Assembly: GCA_028826165.1 (NCBI GenBank)
Contig: JAPDFW010000147.1
Span: forward strand, 372,001 to 436,000
Length of the DNA: 64,000 bases
Reading direction: 5' to 3'
Origin: Anaeramoeba ignava BMAN
Lineage: Eukaryota; Protista; Anaeramoebae
Under the pieces are notes generated by a model that worked only from the letters and a program-made list of their open reading frames with translations, was not told where the DNA came from and did not search any database. Positions 1-11,700 of the stretch are shown one piece after another (position 1 is the first letter of the stretch; each line of letters starts with the position of its first letter). The position numbers and the translations under genes were made by a program.

Positions 1-1
1 A

Positions 2-2275
2 GCATTTTTCGACATTTTAAAGCTAGTGGACACAAAGCATCCCAGCTCGCGAGCAATTATCAACCGGGCTGAATATGCAGGGAGATCAGGAAAAAAGAAG
101 GCGACATTCACGTGCACTTTTGAGATTGATGTACTGTCGAAGGAAGAATGGGTAGCAATAGACTTGATGCCAACAAGTGTGGCGTTAATGAAGTATTCGA
201 TAGTAGGTCCAAGTAAAAGCACAACGGCGTGGATAGGGGCAAGGACGCATCGGCTGTTCTTCATCACGAACACGCATGGCGTTCACACAGTGACTATGGA
301 GATACTTTGCCGTTATGAGAAAACAAGGGGGAAGCTTCTGAGATTGGACATTCCGATATCAAGAAAAAATCGGATTGAATTCACTGTTCAAAAAAAAACT
401 AGCGTGCAAATTTATGTCGGTAATTCCTTGAGCGCGGTACAAAAGACAGAGGGGGACAATACTACCTTTGTTTGTGCTATTCCCCCTATTGCCCAATTGG
501 TCGTTGGTTGGATCGAAAAAGACGAAGAAGAGGAACGCAAAAAGAAAGAGGAAAAAGAAAGGCTTGAAAAGGAAAAAAAAGAGAAAGAAGACGAGAAAAA
601 GAGACTCATTATAAACGCCGAACAGCATATTCTTCATTCCGTTGGCGATGGAGTCGTCATCTCAGACGCTGTCTTTAAATACACAATTCTGCACGGAACA
701 AAATCGCGCTTTGATATCCTCGTTCCGGAAAAGGTTCAGGTGCTTTCTGTCGAGGGACGGAATGTGCAGAAATGGGAGATTGTGGAAAAGAAGGAAGAGA
801 AGGATGATTTGGTTTTAGAACTCGAAAAAAACGGAAAAAACGAGGATCAAAACGAGGACGAGAAAAAAGACGACGAAAAAAAAGACGAAAAAAACGAGAA
901 CGAAAACAGCAACAATAACAACAACAACAAGAACAAGAATCAGGAGATGCGAGTGTCGAAAACAATCCGGGTCTGGCTCGACACCGTTGTTGAAGGTGAT
1001 TACAATTTGAATGTGATCACGGAATTGCCGATGGAATCATCAAGTGGGAAAATTTATCTTCCAGTATTTAAAAATCTCAATGTTCACAGAGATAAAGGAT
1101 GGATCGGCATCACTGGCAAAACGAACTCTGAAATCAACGAGAAGAACTGCACAACGCTTGCAAAGATCGATGTGAACGAGCTTCCCGAAGCGATGAAACA
1201 ACGATCGCTTGGCGAGAACCTTTTATTCGCTTATAAATTTTTAATTCCTCTTTATAACCTTCTTATGGAAGTCATCCAACACTTGGAAACCGACGTGCTT
1301 ATCGCCGTGATTGACGAGGCGCACATCGCGGCTACACAGACAAACTCGGCAATGATCTTCAAGTGCTCGTTGGTTCTCAGAAACACACAAAGACAATATT
1401 TAAGGATGAAAGTTGTTGACAAAAATTTCCACTTGTGGTCAACACTTGCATCTTCTAAGCCTGTCAAACCCACAATTGACAGGACAAACAACATCATGAT
1501 CCCTCTCGAGAAACGCGGCGCAAATGCCGAGCCGTTTACCATAGAGATTATCTATGTCTGTCCCTCAACCGTCATGAAAGGCAACGGGAAAATTCGCGTC
1601 AACTTTCCCTTATTTGATCTCCCAATTAATGAATTGTTTATCACGTTATTTCTCCCTCGCAATTTTAAGTACTCGGAATTCGCAGGAACTTTAAAAGAGG
1701 TTTCTGTTTTGCAAAAGGGATTCAATAGCGATATTTCAAGGGGTTTGAGAATTTCTTCAAGGAGTCAAGAAAGAGCCTTGAGATCAAATATAAAACCCCA
1801 AATGAGGATGCAACAACAAGTCATGCCCCAACAAATGCTTATGCAGAACATAATGCCGCAACAAATGATGATGCAACAAATGCAACAGCAACCCCAGATG
1901 ATGATGCAACAGCAAGTCATGCAAAATCCATTTTTGGAACAGCAATTAATGCCTCAAATGGATCAACTTAATTCAAATGTTTTCGACTCATTCGAACCAG
2001 AAAAAAATCAAGCTCTCGAGTCTACAACTCTGGGCGCTTCCGGTGTTGGTGTTACTCCTGTTAAGGTTGAGCTTATTAATACTGGAACTGCTTTTTATTT
2101 TGAAAAATTCTTGATTCCTGTTTCTGAAAATTTTGACAGAGTTATTGTTTCTTTCTCAGAAATTACTAAAGGTTTTTTCCAAAAAAGAAGAATTTCAAAT
2201 CTTCCAAATCATCTTATGAAATTACTTATTTTCTTAATAATTTTTGTTTATTTCTGGTTTATTTTGAATAAGTGA
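2..2275 (+). CDS. Uncharacterised beta-rich protein with Q/M-rich low-complexity segment and C-terminal transmembrane helix; 5'-truncated
   Basis: The frame is open from position 2 (the ORF-track start at 26 is GTG), so the gene probably begins upstream of the window. Intronless here; charged K/E and poly-N linkers; MQQQ-rich tract; hydrophobic C-terminus LLIFLIIFVYFWFIL; TGA stop. Confidence 0.8.
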   Translation, partial: AFFDILKLVDTKHPSSRAIINRAEYAGRSGKKKATFTCTFEIDVLSKEEWVAIDLMPTSVALMKYSIVGPSKSTTAWIGARTHRLFFITNTHGVHTVTMEILCRYEKTRGKLLRLDIPISRKNRIEFTVQKKTSVQIYVGNSLSAVQKTEGDNTTFVCAIPPIAQLVVGWIEKDEEEERKKKEEKERLEKEKKEKEDEKKRLIINAEQHILHSVGDGVVISDAVFKYTILHGTKSRFDILVPEKVQVLSVEGRNVQKWEIVEKKEEKDDLVLELEKNGKNEDQNEDEKKDDEKKDEKNENENSNNNNNNKNKNQEMRVSKTIRVWLDTVVEGDYNLNVITELPMESSSGKIYLPVFKNLNVHRDKGWIGITGKTNSEINEKNCTTLAKIDVNELPEAMKQRSLGENLLFAYKFLIPLYNLLMEVIQHLETDVLIAVIDEAHIAATQTNSAMIFKCSLVLRNTQRQYLRMKVVDKNFHLWSTLASSKPVKPTIDRTNNIMIPLEKRGANAEPFTIEIIYVCPSTVMKGNGKIRVNFPLFDLPINELFITLFLPRNFKYSEFAGTLKEVSVLQKGFNSDISRGLRISSRSQERALRSNIKPQMRMQQQVMPQQMLMQNIMPQQMMMQQMQQQPQMMMQQQVMQNPFLEQQLMPQMDQLNSNVFDSFEPEKNQALESTTLGASGVGVTPVKVELINTGTAFYFEKFLIPVSENFDRVIVSFSEITKGFFQKRRISNLPNHLMKLLIFLIIFVYFWFILNK

Positions 2276-2498
2276 AGTTTTTTTTTTTTTTAAGAAAAGA
2301 GGATTTTTCTTCAAATCCAAAAATTCAAAAATTCAAAAAATTCAATTCAAAAAAATCAAAAAAATTCAATTAAAAAAACAAAACAAAACAAATTAAATTA
2401 AAATTTTACTTTCCTTTTTTAATTTGAAATATAAAAAAAAAATCTTTTTGAAATGAAAGAAATATTTTGTTTTTTAGAGAAAAAAAAAGTTTTTAAAT

Positions 2499-5400
2499 TT
2501 AAAATTCATATAAAAAAGGTTGCATTTGTGTATATAATAAAGAAGCAATAATCCTTGTATAATTAGGAATATTTTGAAATTTAAGACTTGGATAAATAAC
2601 TTTGCAGATATTCTGAATTAAGGATTGAGCATCAGTATCAACAGAAAAGAAACGTTTTTGTTCAATAGATTGTTCACTTTTCAAAGAAAAACAAAGACAA
2701 TCCCACATGAAAATTTTTGGAATTTCAAATTGATTTTCATTTTTTGATTGATTTTCATTTTTTGATTGATTTTCATTTTTTGATTGATTTTCATTTTTTG
2801 ATTGATTTTCATTATTTAATTGATTTTCATTATTTAATTGATTTTCATTATTTAATTGATTTTCATTTTTTAATTCATTTTCATTTTTTAATTCATTTTT
2901 ATTTTTTAATGGATCCTCAATATAATTATATTGAATAGACTTGATTTCCTTAATAACTTGTATTGAATCATTATCCAAAAAAGAAGGTGAAATTGGAGGA
3001 ATTGAAGAATTTGAATTTTGATTTGGATTTTGATTTTGATTTGGATTTTCATTTTCATTTTCATTTTGTTCATTTGGTAAAGGAACCTCAGAATTTTCAG
3101 GACTTGAATGGAAATCAGTAACAATCATTCTCTTGAGAGACTTGATATAAATTGAAATACTTTCCTCAATGGATTCCAGAAAAAGAGACTTCCATTTTTC
3201 AATTTCGGATTTTTTTTCAGAAGAAATTACAAAGGAGCCTTTTGAAGAAAGAACACGAAGACCATTCCATAAAGATCCAGCCTTTTGGAGTTCGAATTGA
3301 TTTTCAAGGAAAAGAGAAATTGTGGGGATTTCATGTTCAACATCATAAGAGGAGTCTTTGCGAGGACGACAAATAAGAAGAATATCACTGAAAAGAAAAA
3401 GATATTTTTGTTCCGAATGATCAAGAATAAAATCGCAACTAGCAAGACCAAGAACGGAAAGGGATTTTTCCTCTCGAAGAATCTCTGAGCGGTCTGTGAT
3501 GTCTGATCTAAGATCATCAATTTCACTTTCGCTGATATTTGTGCTATCATTTTCGATCTGACTCTCCGTGTTCTCGACAACGGATGTCTGAGTGGGACTT
3601 TCTTGCGACGGAAGAGCTGTGTTGACATTCACCGTAGTGCTCATGCCCTTCTGTCTTGATTTTGTCTTTTGTGATTTTTGTTTTGCTTTTTGAGGAGCTT
3701 TTCCTGATGTCAAAAAAGTGGAACGGAAAAGTTGAATTGGTCCTTCATGTTTGAGCTGTCTCAGTGGATCAGAGAGAAGATCAAAGGCAAGACCGCGGAG
3801 TGTTTTAGAGATGGATGAGATGCGTTGGAGCTCTTCTTGTTGCCGTTTCGACTCGTTGATTTCCTCGGCAACTTTTTTCAATGCAACAAGTGCGGAGGAA
3901 ACAAGCGGATGATCGGGATGATCGGTTGGGGTTCGTGATAGAAGCTCTTCCACAAGAAGAGGATATTGAGTAACCCGCTGAACAGGCTTGATTAAAACCG
4001 AGCTGAGATCCAATCTGCGGAACTCTGTCTCGGCGTTTCTTAGAAAAGCGGCAAACGCGTTATTTTTGAGACAGCGGTTAAGTGTTATTCTTGAGTTCTC
4101 GTAATTTTGATTATAATGCACATAAATGCGTAATAAAGAAGATTTGACAAGAAGAATATCGCCGATTCCCGAGGTTGCGTTCCATTCGTTTCTGCGCGCG
4201 ATAAGAGCCTGAAGAAGCTCCTTATTGACTGCAAGGATGTCTTCTATATTTGAAAATATGGCGTCGATATCGTCTTTTTTAGCGAGTCCAGAAGCGCGCA
4301 TTTTTGGGAGGAGATTAGTGACAAGTAGATCAACATCTTCAACATAATTTTTCTCTGTTTCCAAGATTTCAAACGCAGCTGAGCATCTTTTAAACTCCTT
4401 CGTGAGCATTCTTGTGCACTCAGCATTTGCGGATTGTTCCGAAATGATATGTGGACGCATTCGCTCGTCCTCATAATCAACAAGTTCAACGCCGGCTTGA
4501 AGAAGGATTCTGCAGGCGTCCAAATCACCCCATTCTGCCGCTAATTGGATCGCATTTTTACCGTCTTTTGTTGTTGCTTTAAGAGCTGTTTTCGATCCAA
4601 CTGACAGCTGAAGAATTTCGTTGTTTTTTTTCATAATAGCAAGATGAACCATATTGTTTCCGTTGTTATCCCGTAAATCGGGAGAGTATCCTTTCTCAAG
4701 TCCCTCCTTAAAAAGTTTTGCGTCCGCATTTTCAAGTGCTTGTTGTAACGGAAAAATAGCGCCTGAGCCTATCAGCATCTCCACAACGGTCTGATGGAAT
4801 CCTCTGACAGCGAGGTCGAGGGGAGTTTTTCCATCAGAATCTCTAGCATTTATATCAGCATTATGATCAAGAAGAACACGGACGCATTTGTCATGTCCCT
4901 TAATCGCAGCCAAATGCAATGCTGTTCTTCCTATTGAGTTTGCAAGCGTTATCTGCGCCCCGTGCTTCGCCAGAAAATCCACTTCCACATCGCATCCCAA
5001 CGCCGAGCAAAGATGCAATGCGGTATCTAATCCTTTATTGCGCGCGTTGACGTTTCCTCCCTTTTTTTCGATCCATACAATGAATTTGAATTTTTTCAAT
5101 AACGCCGCAATGTGGATTGGCATGTTTCCTTCCCGATCTTTTTCATCGATCCCTGCGCCCGCATTGAGAAGTAACTTGAACCCTTCCAAAACCGAATTTT
5201 TGGATATTGACAAATGCAGAACGGGGATACCTTGACCGTTTGGGGTCAACTCGGGTTTTTTTTTAAGTAATTTTTCCAAAATGTCCATTTGACTATTTTC
5301 AATTGCGTAATGAACCGCGGCGTTTCCTGTGTTGTCGCGGATATTGATGTTTGTTTTCTTATCAAGAATCATATTGATTGTTTCTTCATAATCTCGATTA

Positions 5401-8105
5401 ATTGGTGAATTAACAATATAAATAAGAACTGTGCTTCCCTCTTTGTCCTGAATATCCAGGAGTCTAGGATCAAATCCTGGGCGCTTAATAATAGCCTCTA
5501 AAAACTTTGGTTTTTCATTAATTGCTGCGACATGCAGGATGTTCTGCTTCTCGTTATTGAGAATGCTCATATCAGCTCCTGCGTCAATAAGCATTTTCGC
5601 CATTTCTGTCTCTCCTTGGATTGCGCAAAGATGGAGCGCAGTGTTCTTTTCCTTATTGGCAATGTTCAGCACGCTTATCGGTGGTTTTTGGGTCGTTAGG
5701 CATTCCTTTAAAATCTCCGTCTGTTTGTGTATTATCATATAATGTATTGATGTGTTCCCGTTTGGATCTGAAAGTCGAAGATCAGCTTTTTTTCGAAGTA
5801 GAACTCGCATTATTTCCCCGTTTCCTTTCTCAATTGATGTTTGGAGTGGTGTTTGATATCCCATGTTTCGTGAGTTGATTTTAGCTCCTTTTGTCAGGAG
5901 TATTTCAATGATTTCTTGGTTTCCCATTTGGATTGCTAAATGGATTGGAGGATTTCCTTCATCATCGAATGCTTTTTTTTTAATATAATTTTTTATCCGA
6001 TTTTTAATATTAATATTAATTTTATAAATGAATTTTTTAAATGAATTTTAATTTTAAAATTTAATTTTATAAATGAATTTTATAAATGAATTTTAATTTT
6101 ATAAATGAATTTTATAAATGAATTTTAATTTTAAAAATGAATTTTATAAATGAATTTTAATTTTAATTTTAATTTTAATTTTAATATTAATTTTATAAAT
6201 GAATTTTAATTTTAATTTTTATCCGATTTTAATTTTAATTTTTTAATTTTAATTTAAATTTTTATCCAATTTTAATTTTATAAATGAATTTTAATTTTAA
6301 ATTTTAATTTTAATTTTAATTTTTAAATGAATTTTAATTTAAATTTTTATCTGATTTTAATTTTAATATCAATTTTAATTTTATAAATTTTTATCCGATT
6401 TTAATTTTTTAAATGAATTTTGATTTTATAAATGAATTTTATAAATGAATTTTAATTTTATAAATAAATTTTAATTTTATAAATGAATTTTAATTTTAAA
6501 AAAAAAATACCTTCAAGATCAACTCTCTTTGTTAACAACTTTTTAACCTTTTTAATATTACCAGCTTTAATATGTTCATGAAGCATACTTTTAGCACCTT
6601 TTTTCATCAAAATTGCACAAACATTTGTATGTTGTTTAAGTTGAGCCAAAGCAAGAGGAGTTAATTTATTAGTATCCAAAAGTTCAACAGAAACACCTTC
6701 ATCAACAAGAAAACGAACAACATCAGCATGACCATTTTCACTAGCATAATGCAAAGCATTTCTGTGTTCTTTTGATGTGATATTGAAATTTATTCGCTCC
6801 GTTTTGAGTACTTTTAATATCCCTAATTGTCCATACTTAGCCGCTACATGAACAGGTGATAATCCGGCTTTATCTTTTGTTAAAATTGTCTTCATGTTCC
6901 CTATTTTTAATAATACTTCTACTGATTTTATACTTCCTTTCATTATCCCAATGTGTATCGGTAGAAATCCTTTGTTATCTGGCTTTTCTAATGGTGGTTT
7001 GTTTCCAGGTTCTAAAAAACTCTCAATACAAGTTCCTGAATCTGAATCTGAATTAGAATCAATAGTCATTGCCCAATGAAGTGGAGTCCTATTATATTAA
7101 TATTGGTATTAATTTTGATTTTGATTATAATTTTATAAATGAATTTTAAATTTAATTTTAATTTTAATTTTATAAATGAATTTTAATTTTGATTTTAATT
7201 TTAATTTTAATTTTATAAATGAATTTTAATTTTAATTTTAATTTTAATTTTAATTTTAATATTAATTTTATAAATGAATTTTGATTTTTAATTTTATAAA
7301 TGAATTTTAATTTTAATTTTAATTTTGTAAATGAATTTTAATTTTAAATTTTGATTTTAATTTTATAAATGAATTTTAATTTTAAATTTAATTTTAATTA
7401 TAAATTTTAATTTTAATTTTAATTTTAATTTTAAATTTAAATGAATTTTAATTTTAATTTTAATTTTTAAATGAATTTTAATTTTTAATTTTAATTTAAA
7501 TTTTTAATTTTAATTTTAATTTTAATTTTAATTTTAATTTTAATTTTAATTTTAATTTTAATTTTAATTTTAATTTTAATTTTAATTTGAATTTTAATTT
7601 TAATATTAATTTTAATTTTAATTTAAATTTAAATTTTAATTTTGATTTTAATTTTAATTTTAATTTTAATTTTAATTTTGATTTTAATATTATAAATGAA
7701 TTTTAATTTGAATTTTAATTTTAATTTTATAAATGAATTTTAATTTTAAATTTGAACTTACCAACCATTAGAATCAACTTCTGTTTGTATTGCCCATTTT
7801 TCAAGAAGAAGTTTTATTGTTTTTGATTGACCCAAACTAGCAGCAATATGTAATGGAGTCATTCCAGTTTTTCCTTCAGATGAATTAATATTTATTCCAT
7901 TTGCAATTAAAAATTCTGCAACTTTAAAATGTCCTGCTCTAATTGAAATATGAAGTGGATTTTGATTCTCTTCATTTTTTGATTCAAGAAAATATGTTGC
8001 AGAATTTGTACTGTTTAAAAAAGTTATTATCCCTTTTAAATCTCCTGTTTGACATAAATTATGAAAACGTGTTGTTGATTGTTGAAGAAGTCTATCGTTT
8101 TGCAT
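2499..8105 (-). CDS. Ankyrin-repeat + RhoGEF (DH) + PH domain protein, 3 exons (8105-7762, 7088-6511, 5971-2499)
   Basis: GT-AG junctions join in frame (GW/TPLHWA; DLEA/FDDEGNPPIH). About 20 ankyrin repeats (TPLH/TALH); DH motifs EILETEKNYVEDV, IFSNIEDIL and LIKPVQRVTQYPLLVEELL; PH motif YLFLFSDILLIC. Confidence 0.92.
2730..2900 (-). repeat. Coding 18-bp tandem repeat (NENQSK/NENQLN/NENELK)
   Basis: Repeated tgattttcattttttgat-like units within the RhoGEF C-terminus. Confidence 0.85.
5972..7761. repeat. Intronic AAAATT satellite with interspersed AAAATTCATTTAT and TCGGATAAAAA motifs (introns 5972-6510 and 7089-7761)
   Basis: Hexamer tandem arrays fill both introns. Confidence 0.85.
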
Positions 8106-8169
8106 TTTATTCTTTTTAAAAAATGAAAAAAAAAATTGGAAAGAAAAAAATGAAAAATAAAAATGGAAA

Positions 8170-8778
8170 AATTTTATTTTTGATTTTGATTTTGATTTTG
8201 ATTTTCAATTTGATTTTGATTTTGATTTTGATTTTGATTTTGATTTGATTTTGATTTTCAATTTGATTTTGAATTTGATTTTGAATTTTGATTTTGATTT
8301 TGAATTTCATTTTGATTTTGATTTTGATTTTGAATTTGATTTTGATTTTCATTTTGAATTTGAATTTGAATTTGATTTTGATTTTGAATTTGATTTTGAT
8401 TTTGAATTTGATTTTGATTTTGATTTTCAATTTGATTTTGATTTTCAATTTGATTTTGAATTTGATTTTGATTTTGATTTTGATTTTTATTTTGAATTTG
8501 ATTTTGAATTTCATTTTGAATTTTATTTTCAATTTGATTTTGAATTTGATTTTGAATTTGATTTTGATTTTGAATTTGATTTTGATTTTGAATTTGATTT
8601 TGATTTTGATTTTGAATTTGAATTTGATTTTATTTTCATTTCAATTTGATTTGAATTTGAATTTGATTTTGATTTTGATTTTGAATTTTATTTTCAATTT
8701 GATTTTGATTTTGATTTTCAATTTCAATTTCAATTTGAATTTCATTTAATGATTTTGATTTTCATTTTGATTTTGATT
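8170..8778. repeat. Intergenic (AAAATC/AAATTC)n hexamer satellite
   Basis: ttttga/tttgaa tandem array between the ANK-BTB stop and the RhoGEF start. Confidence 0.9.
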
Positions 8779-8779
8779 C

Positions 8780-11700
8780 CTACTTCAAATTTCTAGAATT
8801 GGAAAAATCAAGTAAATATGAATCGAAAATTGATTTTGGATTTAATTGATAATAATCTTTTAAATCATCATATTCTTCAATATTCCGATTTGTTAAGTTT
8901 GTATCTTCAATTTTATCATGATAAAGAAAATAAATTAATTGATTAATTGTTTCAAATGATTTTTTTGAATAATCATGAACTTGATTTGATGAATCATTAA
9001 AATTTAATTGAAACATTGCTTTAAATAAATCACTTCTTATTATCAAAATTAATTTATGAACTTTAATTTCTTTTTCTTCAACAATTATTGTAAAATCTTT
9101 GGTTTCATTTTTTTCATAAAATTTCCCAAAATCTCTCATTATTCCTCTTATTCCTTCTTTCTGTTTAATCCAATTCATATCAAATCCATTTTCTTTCAAT
9201 AATTCATAAATTAATAGATTTTCTTTTTCATCTTCATTTTCTTTTTCATTTTCTTTTTGATTTTTCTTTTTCTTTTGAGTTTGATTTTGAGTTTGATTTT
9301 GATTTTGAGTTTGATTTAGCCTTTCAATCTGTTTCGAAAGTAATTGATTTTCTATATTTTCTTTGTTTTTATTCTTTGAATATATATGATGACTTGAATC
9401 AAATGTTGATTTAATTGTAGTTAATTTATTATTAAATTTTTCAATAAATTTATCAAAATTGACATATCCAGTATAAAGAAAATTTAATGCAAATTCAATA
9501 ATTTCTTTTGGTTTTCTTCTGCAAATATTGATAAATCTTGTTAAAATTGTTAGATTATTATCAAATCTTATTAATAAAATTTGTTTATGAGCTTTAATTA
9601 TTTGACCATCATTACTTTTAATTTCAATATCTTTAAATTCATCTGATTTCAAAAAATTGTTTAAATCATCACTAAATGAATAAATTTTCGAAAATATCTT
9701 AATCATTTCTTGACTGATATGATTTTTATTCAATTCGAAAATATTCAAATCTCTCATCAATAGAATTTTGATTTCATTTGATAAATTGTTTTTTGAGGCA
9801 ACACGTAAAGGTGTTTCAAACGATTCATTTGTTGAATCAATATTAGAACCTCTAGAAATTAATAATTCAATAATTTCTTTTGGGTATTTATTTTCCAGAG
9901 CTGAATGTAAAGGTATTTCTTTTTTATCGTTTTTTGAATTGACATCAGATCCTTTGGAAATTAATAATTTAATAATTTCATTTGGATATTGGTTTTTCAA
10001 AGCATAATGCAAAGGTATTTCTTTATCATCTATTTTTGAATTAAGATCAGAACCTTTGGAAATTAATAATTCAATAACCTCTTTTGAATTTCGATATTTC
10101 AAAGAAAAATATAAAGGTGTCTCGTTTAAACTGTTTTTTGAATTAATATCAAATCTCTTTGGAATTAATAGTTCAATAATTTCTTTTGAGTAATTATTTC
10201 TCAAACCAATATATAAAGGTATTTCATTTTGATTGTTTTTTAAATTAAGATTGGATTTTTTTGGAATTAATAATTCAATAATTTGATTTGAATATCCATT
10301 TTCCAAAGCATAATGCAGAGGTATTTCGTTCCATTTGTTTTTTGAATTAATATCAGATCCTTTGGAAATTAGTAATTCAATAATTTCTTTTGAGTAATTA
10401 TTTCTCAAAGCAATATATAAAGGTATTTCATTTTGATTATTTTTTAAGTTAATATCAAATTCATTTAAAATTAATAATTTAATAATTTCATTGGATAATT
10501 GAGTTTTCAAAGCAATATGTAAAGGTATTTCATTCAATTTGTTTTTTGAATTAAGATCAGAACCTTTGGAAATTAATAACTCAATAATTTCTTTTGGATA
10601 TTTATTTTCTAAAGCAAAATTCAAAGGTATTTCATTCCATATGTTTTTTGAATTGACATCAGATTCTTTGGAAATTAATAATTCAATAATTTCATTTGGA
10701 TATTTATTTTTCAAAGCAATATGTAAAGGTATTTCTTTTTCATTATTTTTGGAATTAAAATCAGATCCTTTGGAAATTAATAATTCAATAATTTCATTTG
10801 AATATTTATTCGTCAAAGCAATATGTAAAGGTATTCCATCCTGATCATTTTTTGAATTAAAATCGGAACCTTTTAAAATTAATAATTTAATAATTTGATT
10901 TGAATATTTATTTCTCAAAGCATAATGCAGAGGTATTTCATTCCATTTGTTTTTTGAATTAATATCAGATCCTTTGGAAATTAATAATTCAATAATTTTA
11001 TTTGAATATTGATTTTGTAAAGCAATATCTAAAGGTATTTCATCTTGATTATTTTTTGAATTAATATCAGAACCTTTAGAAATTAATAATTCAATAATTT
11101 CATTTGGATATTTATTTTTTAAAGCAATATGTAAAGGTATTTCATTCCAATAATTATATAAATTAAGATCAGAACCTTTGGAAATTAATAATTCAATAAT
11201 TTCGTTTGGATATTTATTTTCCAAAGCAATATGTAAAGGTATTTCATTCCATTTGTTTTTTGAATTAATATCAGAACCTTTGGAAATTAATTTAATAATT
11301 TCGTTTGGATATTTATTCGTCAAAGCAATATGTAGAGGTATTTCATTCCATTTGTTTTTTGAATTAAGATCAGAACCTTTGGAAATTAATAGTTCAATAA
11401 TTTCATTTGGATATTTATTTTTCAAAGCAATATTTAAAGGTGTTTCATTTTGATTATTTTTTAAATTAATATCAGAACCTTTGGAAATTAATAATTCAAT
11501 AACTTCTTTTGGATATTGGTTTTTTAAGGCATAATATAAAGGTATTTCATTTTGATTATTTTTTGAATTAAGATCAGAACCTTTGGAAATTATTAATTTA
11601 ATAACTTGATTTGTATTTTGATTTTCCAAAGCAATATGTAAAGGTGTCTCGTTTTCATAATTTTTTGAATTAATATCAGAACCTTTGGAAATTAATAATT

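Noticed and set aside
8116-8749. ORFs of IK/IL/FD/NQ dipeptide repeats (also 33745-34954, 50993-52671, 57304-58258 and others)
   Set aside because: They are translations of hexamer satellites with no non-repetitive coding content; the regions are intergenic or intronic.
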